Program-made: the position numbers and the translations under genes
Notes under the pieces: model-generated
The model's input: the letters and a program-made list of their open reading frames with translations, nothing else
Told to the model about the DNA's origin: nothing
Databases searched by the model: none
NCBI GenBank assembly: GCA_020445255.1
Contig: JAGRGY010000049.1
Span: 18,789 to 82,788 of the forward strand
Direction: 5' to 3'
Length of the DNA stretch: 64,000 nt
From: Gammaproteobacteria bacterium
GTDB lineage: Bacteria; Pseudomonadota; Gammaproteobacteria; Chromatiales; Chromatiaceae
Part shown: positions 31,341-38,060 of the stretch, in pieces
Numbering within the stretch: position 1 is the stretch's first letter
Layout: each line of letters begins with the position of its first letter

Positions 31341-34300
31341 TCACGACCCTCTTTCGACCAGGTAGGTTGCGTTCGCCTGCAACGGACGCTGGATCTCCGT
31401 TCGCTCGCCGGTCGACCAGTCGATGACGACTCTGTCGACCTGCTTTTCATCGCCCAGCCCGAAATGCATAACCGGCTCGTCGAACGACAGGAACCCGCCG
31501 CTCGCCTTCAGCTCACGAATCTGTTGACCACCCGCACCGTAAAAGATCGTGACCTTGTTGCCGATCCCGAAACGGTTACCGTGCCGATCGTCAAACTGGA
31601 AACGAATCGAATTGTGCTCACGATCGTTGTTGATCCACACCCGGACCGGCGCCAGCACGCCGTTTGCGATCAAGTCGAGGTCTCCGTCCAGATCGATATC
31701 CGCCGCCGTCCAACTGGACGTGTGCAGAAGGTCGTCCAGGCCGAACTCCTGCTGCGCGGCTTTGAACTTCTTCCCGGACTGGTTCTCGAAGAACACGTTG
31801 GAGTGGATCTCCTGCGGGTTGAACAGGTAACCGTTGCCAACATAGATATCCAGCCATCCGTCATTGTTCAGATCGACGAACTTTGAATTCCAGCTCCAGT
31901 AGCTCGACGTTACGCCCATGTCGGCCGCATGGTTGCTGAACCCCTGTTCACCACCGATCAGCAGGACGTTCTTCTGGCTTTGCGGCAGATAGCTGGCCGA
32001 GACCTTGGTTCTCGCGTCCGGTGCCGACTTCAGGCGACTGCGCGCCCGACAGAACGTGCGCTCGACCGCGTAGGTGTCGGGTATTCGCTCGCACAGCTCC
32101 GGTTGCATCTTCTGCACAGCAAGCCGAACGAGAATAGCCAGGCGACACTCGCTTTGTTGCACCGGATCCTTGAGTTCGTTGCAACGGTCGATCTGGTAGT
32201 TCTTGTGTATTGTCCGCAGGTCGACGCCCTGTTGGCATGCTGCGTGCGCATCGACGCCCACGATCGGGGCACAGTAATCGGTGACCAGCGAACGCGAGAA
32301 ACTCATGTCGGTTGCAAACACGTCCAGGCGCAGATCGTTGTTAACGTCACCCGTGTCGTAGCTCATGCTGTATTTCGGAGTGATCGGGATCCCGCTCTCC
32401 CCGTACCCCGCCATGACCAGCGCCTCCCCGGTATTGCGGTAATGCAGATCCGGGCCCGGCCCATCGTTCGCCACCAGCAGATCAGGCTTGTTGTCCTGGT
32501 CGATATCACTGATCAGGATGGACAGCGTCTCGCCGCGGACGTCCTCGAGCGTCTGCGGCACATACTGGCCCCCTTCATTGCGAAACAGCTGGTTCTTCGA
32601 GTGCAAGGGGTTGTACTCGGCCACTGCGCCGAATGACCAGTTTCCGAGCACCAGGTCGAGATCGCCGTCACGATCCAGATCGCCGAAAGCTGCCGCCATG
32701 GACAACAGCCGCTCACCCTCTGGATCGGCAAGTCGCACGACTGCGCCCGCCGACTCGAACCTTGCGCCATCGTTCAGCAGCAGCAGGTCGCTGCCACCGT
32801 AGCCGCTGACAAAGATGTCCAGTCGATGGTCATTGTTGACATCCACAAGGGCCACGGCGAACGCGTTGAGCTTTCGCAGCTCCGGCACGTCCAGGGGAAG
32901 TCTGGCGAAGCTGCGCTCTCCCTGGTTCAGGTACAGCTCCACGCCTTCACGGGTCGCAATCGCGAGGTCGGGCCTTCCGTCTCCGTCGATGTCCCCTGAG
33001 GCTATGCCTCGACCGTAAACGAACGGCTCATCAAGATCGAGCGGCGAAAAGAAGTCGGCGTGGTCGATGCCCACGTCACCCGCCTCCAGCCGGGTAAACG
33101 GCTTATCCCCGAGGCTGCCACGGGCCGCATGCGGCTGGCGGGTAATCCTGATGGATCCATCCTGGTACACCTCGCCCGCGTCGGATGCGACTCCCGTCGC
33201 CACCGTCGAGGGCGAAGGCGCTGGGCGTACGGCGTCGCCTCCCGGAATCGCGCCCGAAAATTCGTTCAATAGCTGTTCCGCACTGTCCGGGGCATGCAGA
33301 TTGGCGGTCAGGAACCTGATCAGCGTAAGCAACTGCTCGTAACAGATCGTACGCGCCTGCGGGTCATTCAAACGTCCGCATTCGGCCGGGTCGCCGGATG
33401 AGACCGCATCTGCCGTCTGTACGTGCAGGCGGCACTGCGCCGCAATTGGCGCATGTCCCAGCTGTTCGATCTGGTCGCAGATCCCGGTATCACGGGAGGC
33501 CGACATCATCTGCTTGATCAACGCGAGCATCTTGCAATCGTCGATTACATTGGGCTCCGCCAACTGTTCGCAGATCGCCGGGTTCAGGCTTGCTTCCGCC
33601 TGCATGATGATCGTGGTCTCCCGGCACCTGCCGACCGCAAACTCTGTATCCAGCTCAGCGCATGCATCCGGATTGCCCGCATCTGCAATCCGTCCTATGC
33701 GCACGGTGGCGCGGCACGACGTCTGCGCACTTTCTCCTTCGAGGAGTCCGCACAGATCCTCGCGCTTGTAGTTCTCGGCGATCTGCAACAGGCATCTATC
33801 CACTGCCGACCGGCCGGTGATCAGCGCCTCGCACTCTTTCTGCATCTGTTGTGGCGTCAGCTTGTCTGCGTAAACCGCTCCGAGCGACTCATGCTTGCAC
33901 AAGCGACGCTGACCATCCGTCGTCAGGCCGTCACACAGCGATATGTCCCGATATTCCTGCGCCAGCGAATAGGTCGCGACCACTTCGCAACGGACCACCA
34001 TCGACTGGTTCGGGAATGCGCTGCAACGCTTCGCAATCAATGTGGAAAGATCGTCCTTGGGCGCTTTCGGAGCCGCCTCGAGTGGCTGCGTCGGCATTGC
34101 CTGCTGGTAGGCCGCGAGGATGTGGTCTGCCTGCCGATGTTCACGAAAATCGATGGCGTACGCGCTGACGACGCCGAGCGACCCGATCGACACGAACAAT
34201 GCCAGTGCCGCAAAGCGCGACATGGACTGCCAGATGATCGACATCGGGTAGATGCTGAAGATGCCGAGCGTGAACAACAGCGCCATGACCAGTGCCGGCG

Positions 34301-35252
34301 ACAATCCGGCCTGCATCAGCGTGTTGGCGATAATGACGTCGAAAGTGATCGGTACCGGTAGAAAGGTTCCCAGCACGCTGGCGCCGACGATTGCGGCAAA
34401 CCCCACTTCGATGTTCGACAGGCTCTCCATCGGGAACAGCGAGATGACCATGGCGCCCAGCAATCCCGCCAGGACCATCAACGGAAAAGTCTTGCGGACG
34501 ATGTAGAGGAGGTTGCGCAGAAAAAGTCCACCCACGCCGATGAATGCAGACACCCAGCTTTCCGCTGCGCTGCCCGAGGCGCCACTCCGGTCCAGCCGGA
34601 CGAGATCGATGTCACGACCGGACTCGTCTTGTCCACGTCGCGCGATATAGGCGGTGACAAGCGGCACGACGATCAGCAGCACGACCGCGGTCAGCAGGAT
34701 CTTGGTGAACGCCATCTCCATCGGGAACAATCCGATCAACAGGCTGAGCACGACGACGTTCAGCGTCGGTGAGCTCACCATGCTGGCGAGCACCGTCTCC
34801 AGCTTTTCACCGGCCGCGTACATTCCCTGGCCGATCGGCGCCACGCAGTTGGCGCAGACCCCCAACGGCGCCCCAATCAGCACACCCTTCAGCGTGTTGA
34901 GGATGCGAAAGCGCGATTGCCCCAGGCGGATATGCCGCAGAAACGTCAACAGCGCCGCCGCAAATACCAGACCAAAGATCATCCCGTTCTTGTTGGTGGC
35001 ACTCCAGTTCACGAACGTCGCCCAGGCATGCCATAGAAATCCACTGTCGGGATCGGCAGACAAGACCTTGTCGAAGCCGAGCGATTGCAGCTCGATACGC
35101 CCGCCCTGACCCATCCCCTCTTTGTTGGTCAGTGCCGGATAGCGGGATTGCGTCCAGAAGTACAACAGGATGGCCAGACTGATCAGGCCACTGATGATCC
35201 CGCGTTTCCAACGGGACCCTTCGATTGCGGTGGGTGGGTTGATCAAATCCAT
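31341..35252 (-). CDS. fusion protein: N-terminal polytopic predicted permease (DUF318/ArsP-like), Cys-repeat region, FG-GAP/VCBS beta-propeller and C-terminal UnbV/ASPIC domain
   Basis: - aa 1-370 contain about 8 hydrophobic helices with GVCANCVAPIGQGMYAAG.
- aa 410-637 contain 8 C-x11-C units.
- aa 745-1205 contain seven D-x-D-x-DG FG-GAP blades (GDIDGDGRPDL, VDVNNDHRLDI, GDLDRDGDLDL, SDIDQDNKPDL, GDVNNDLRLDV, VDLNNDGWLDI, ADIDLDGDLDL).
- The C-terminus NRFGIGNKVTIFYGAGGQQIRELKASGGFLSFDEPVMHFGLGDEKQVDRVVIDWSTG is UnbV/ASPIC-like. Confidence 0.85.
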   Translation of the reverse strand: MDLINPPTAIEGSRWKRGIISGLISLAILLYFWTQSRYPALTNKEGMGQGGRIELQSLGFDKVLSADPDSGFLWHAWATFVNWSATNKNGMIFGLVFAAALLTFLRHIRLGQSRFRILNTLKGVLIGAPLGVCANCVAPIGQGMYAAGEKLETVLASMVSSPTLNVVVLSLLIGLFPMEMAFTKILLTAVVLLIVVPLVTAYIARRGQDESGRDIDLVRLDRSGASGSAAESWVSAFIGVGGLFLRNLLYIVRKTFPLMVLAGLLGAMVISLFPMESLSNIEVGFAAIVGASVLGTFLPVPITFDVIIANTLMQAGLSPALVMALLFTLGIFSIYPMSIIWQSMSRFAALALFVSIGSLGVVSAYAIDFREHRQADHILAAYQQAMPTQPLEAAPKAPKDDLSTLIAKRCSAFPNQSMVVRCEVVATYSLAQEYRDISLCDGLTTDGQRRLCKHESLGAVYADKLTPQQMQKECEALITGRSAVDRCLLQIAENYKREDLCGLLEGESAQTSCRATVRIGRIADAGNPDACAELDTEFAVGRCRETTIIMQAEASLNPAICEQLAEPNVIDDCKMLALIKQMMSASRDTGICDQIEQLGHAPIAAQCRLHVQTADAVSSGDPAECGRLNDPQARTICYEQLLTLIRFLTANLHAPDSAEQLLNEFSGAIPGGDAVRPAPSPSTVATGVASDAGEVYQDGSIRITRQPHAARGSLGDKPFTRLEAGDVGIDHADFFSPLDLDEPFVYGRGIASGDIDGDGRPDLAIATREGVELYLNQGERSFARLPLDVPELRKLNAFAVALVDVNNDHRLDIFVSGYGGSDLLLLNDGARFESAGAVVRLADPEGERLLSMAAAFGDLDRDGDLDLVLGNWSFGAVAEYNPLHSKNQLFRNEGGQYVPQTLEDVRGETLSILISDIDQDNKPDLLVANDGPGPDLHYRNTGEALVMAGYGESGIPITPKYSMSYDTGDVNNDLRLDVFATDMSFSRSLVTDYCAPIVGVDAHAACQQGVDLRTIHKNYQIDRCNELKDPVQQSECRLAILVRLAVQKMQPELCERIPDTYAVERTFCRARSRLKSAPDARTKVSASYLPQSQKNVLLIGGEQGFSNHAADMGVTSSYWSWNSKFVDLNNDGWLDIYVGNGYLFNPQEIHSNVFFENQSGKKFKAAQQEFGLDDLLHTSSWTAADIDLDGDLDLIANGVLAPVRVWINNDREHNSIRFQFDDRHGNRFGIGNKVTIFYGAGGQQIRELKASGGFLSFDEPVMHFGLGDEKQVDRVVIDWSTGERTEIQRPLQANATYLVERGS
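33342..34025 (-). repeat. protein-level tandem array of eight ~30-aa C-x11(-14)-C-x13-21 units inside the 1303-aa ORF
   Basis: Cys residues fall at positions 410/422, 440/452, 474/487, 501/513, 531/543, 561/573, 592/607 and 625/637 by hand count. Three more units (994/1006, 1024/1036, 1054/1068; nt 32049..32273) interrupt the propeller. Confidence 0.65.
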
Positions 35253-35672
35253 GCACTTACCTGCCTGACTGCTTGGCGGAACATCCGCATAGTAACAACC
35301 CAGCGAAGCGACTGGCCCGATTTTCGCTCACCGGACGTCCACCAGACCTGATGCACAAAATTCGCTTCGCACTTGGCATGCTCGGCCCGTTCAGGCCGCG
35401 TGGGCATGACATTCGCAGACGGCCATCGGCCGGAGGCACGCAAATTTCCCGCTTACCGCGGGTCGCTCTGGCTGGAACGAGCCGCATTGTGGATGCAGGC
35501 TCCCGCTCCGTCACAGCGGACGGTGCAGCGCCGTTTCGAGCGTGCTTCGGGCTTCGCCTGTTGAGGCCGCTCCGCCACTGCAGGTCAATGCGGCAGCCGA
35601 TGCACCGCAACCGACCGCGCAATTGGTCGGCGCGTTCGGATCAGAGGAAGAGCAACCCTTCTCGCGCCGGGA

Positions 35673-36554
35673 TCAGGCCTCCCGCCGTCGCGCCAGACCG
35701 AGCACACCGATCAGTGCCGAACCGAACAGCCAGACCGATGTTGGCAGCGGTACGACTGTCGCCTCGCCGTACAGGAACTGGATCCCGGCGATATCGTCGG
35801 CGTCGAGTTCACGGTTGATCTTGCCGTAGCATTCACCATCGACATCCATGACCGGACAGTCACCGCCCGGCGTGTGCGGCGGATGGGCCATCCCGATGGC
35901 ATGGCCGAGCTCGTGCAACAGCAGCGTCTCGAAGTCGTTCGGCGCTGTCGAGCCGGCGTCGAACGGATCGCCTTCGCCACCGGAATTGAAGGCGTAGAAC
36001 GAATTCGCATCAAACAGGATGTCGCCGGAACCGGTGCCGCCATTCGGCGGCGGTGCGTAACCCACGGCCCCACCGCCGCTGGCAAACGCGAACACCCCGA
36101 TGCGGATCTGGCCGGTATCCGGCGGAACCGCACCCGCGTCGTTGATCGCGACGCCGTTATCGCCGACCTTGGTGAACGTGATGTTCGCGTACTGAGCCCA
36201 CTCGTCCATCGCAGCCGTGATGTAACTCTCGAGATCGGTCAACAATGTCGACGTGTAACCGAGGCCCGGCCCATTCTCGATGTTGAGCGAATCGAGGCTC
36301 GTGCCTGGACAGGCATCGCCGCAGTACAGCGCGCTGCCGGACGTCCCCGCAGGGATGAAACTCCAGGTCACCTCGCCGCCTGCTGTGCCGGCGGTGTTGT
36401 CACCCCATTTCAGATACTGGTCGCCGCCGAGCGGGAACAGCGAGTAGGCCTGCGCGGACAGCGGCGCCAGCAACAGGCATGTGACGAGGGCGGTGCGGCG
36501 GCGCGGCGACGGGCGCCCGCCGTTTGCGAAGAGGGCCGAAGTGCGCAGTCCCAT
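35673..36554 (-). CDS. matrixin-family (M10) zinc metalloprotease with PEP-CTERM sorting signal
   Basis: HELGHAIGMAHP (HExxHxxGxxH). The C-terminus VVPLPTSVWLFGSALIGVLGLARRREA has PEP-CTERM-like architecture. ATG at 36554 is preceded by AAGGAG and followed by a signal peptide. Confidence 0.8.
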   Translation of the reverse strand: MGLRTSALFANGGRPSPRRRTALVTCLLLAPLSAQAYSLFPLGGDQYLKWGDNTAGTAGGEVTWSFIPAGTSGSALYCGDACPGTSLDSLNIENGPGLGYTSTLLTDLESYITAAMDEWAQYANITFTKVGDNGVAINDAGAVPPDTGQIRIGVFAFASGGGAVGYAPPPNGGTGSGDILFDANSFYAFNSGGEGDPFDAGSTAPNDFETLLLHELGHAIGMAHPPHTPGGDCPVMDVDGECYGKINRELDADDIAGIQFLYGEATVVPLPTSVWLFGSALIGVLGLARRREA

Positions 36555-36860
36555 GTCCGGCTCCTTGGGTCGGTGTTCTCGGTCTTTTCGGGCCAAAGCA
36601 ATTTCTGCGCCACTGATAGGGCTATGCTTCAAATTCAACGGCTTGGTGGGTGGCCGGGTCGATCGACGGCGCGCAACTGTAAAAACCCCTGACGTCGAGT
36701 ACTACACCCGGTGAGACGCCGGGCTGCGTGCCGGCGCGCTCGATGCGGGTGCGCGTGCGGGTGCGGTCGATGCCTGCCCGGCGGTGTCCGAACCACCCGG
36801 CCCACCGCCACACACGGACCGTGCCACACTGTTCTTCGGTGACCGATCGTGGGGCGGAAT

Positions 36861-37463
36861 ATGTTGAAACTTTATGACTACGAACGTTCCGGCAACTGCT
36901 ACAAGGTGCGGCTGCTGCTGTCCATGCTGGAGGTCGACTACCAGTCGCTACCGACGAACAGCACGACCGGAGAGACACAGACCGCCGAGTTCAAACGGCT
37001 GAACCCACGTGGCCAGATCCCGGTGCTGGTCGCGGGCGACACCGTGATCTGGGATTCGATGGCGATCCTCGTCTACCTCGCCCGACGCTACGGCGACGCC
37101 CGCTGGCTGCCGGCGGACGCGCTTGGCGAGGCGCGCGTGATGCAATGGCTGGCCGTCTCGGAAAACGAGCTGCAGTACGGTCTCGCACGTGCGCGCGTCG
37201 CCGTGTTGTTTGGCAAGCCGTTCGACGTGGAGCAGTGCCATCGCGATGCCGTGCCGGGACTCGAGGCGATGGAGACGCGACTTGCCCGCAATGCATGGCT
37301 GGCCGCCGAGCATCCAACCATCGCCGACGTCGCATGTTACCCGTACGTATCGCTGGCCGAGGATGGCCGTTTCTCGCTCACACCGTATCCGGCCGTCACG
37401 GCATGGCTCGCGCGGGTGCAGAATCTGCCGGGCTGGGTACCGATGCGCCGCCAGCACCTTTAG
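36861..37463 (+). CDS. glutathione S-transferase family protein
   Basis: MLKLYDYERSGNCYKVRLLLSML..., NPRGQIPVL, and a C-terminal alpha domain with TIADVACYPYV. Confidence 0.85.
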   Translation: MLKLYDYERSGNCYKVRLLLSMLEVDYQSLPTNSTTGETQTAEFKRLNPRGQIPVLVAGDTVIWDSMAILVYLARRYGDARWLPADALGEARVMQWLAVSENELQYGLARARVAVLFGKPFDVEQCHRDAVPGLEAMETRLARNAWLAAEHPTIADVACYPYVSLAEDGRFSLTPYPAVTAWLARVQNLPGWVPMRRQHL

Positions 37464-38060
37464 CTAGGCGCCCCTGACTGCTGCGTCCTTTCCGTCGGCG
37501 TGCAGCACGATCGCGATCTCACGGATCAGGCGATGGCATCGTAACGCGCAATCGCCTCGCACTTGGAATCTTCGCTGCTCCCGACGCGCGCCGCGCATTC
37601 GGCCGGTGCGCGGTAGCCCGGCAAAAGCAGGCTCGCATGGTCAGGAAGGTGCATCCCTCTGAGAGATACCGGAACGAATGCCCCGGCCAGCGATTTACCG
37701 AGGGCGCTGCGCTGACGGCATGGTCGACGCCTCGCCAATTACCGCTGACCAGCCTAAAGCCGGTCTCCGCGAGCAAGGTACCGATCGTGCGCGTAGAACG
37801 CTGTTTGGCCGCGCTGGTCCAGATCGTGCCGATGACGGGGACAGATCTGCGCGGCGACACGGGCATGGTCCGTTGTGCTCCGGAGATCGGCTGACGCGAC
37901 ATCGCCGCAGGTCGATCATGCCGAAGTCTTCGCCGGCACGAATATTGTCCGGCACGCCACCGATGCCATGGTCGCCACAGCCGATCACTGGATCGATTCC
38001 ACGACGCCGAAGCACGCCATGCGCGTGTGGATCTGCGGTTCTCCCGGTGAGCGATTCAGC

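Noticed and set aside
35253-35672. The 420-bp leader upstream of the permease-propeller fusion as a riboswitch. Features noticed were 9-nt complementary segments GCGAAGCGA (35303-35311) with TCGCTTCGC (35362-35370), a GGACGTCC palindrome, and an AGTCAGGCAGG element near the start reminiscent of a B12 box.
   Set aside because: I could not match the full conserved core of the cobalamin riboswitch or any other riboswitch by eye. The resemblance is limited to a few nucleotides. A covariance-model scan (Rfam/Infernal) is needed before any claim.
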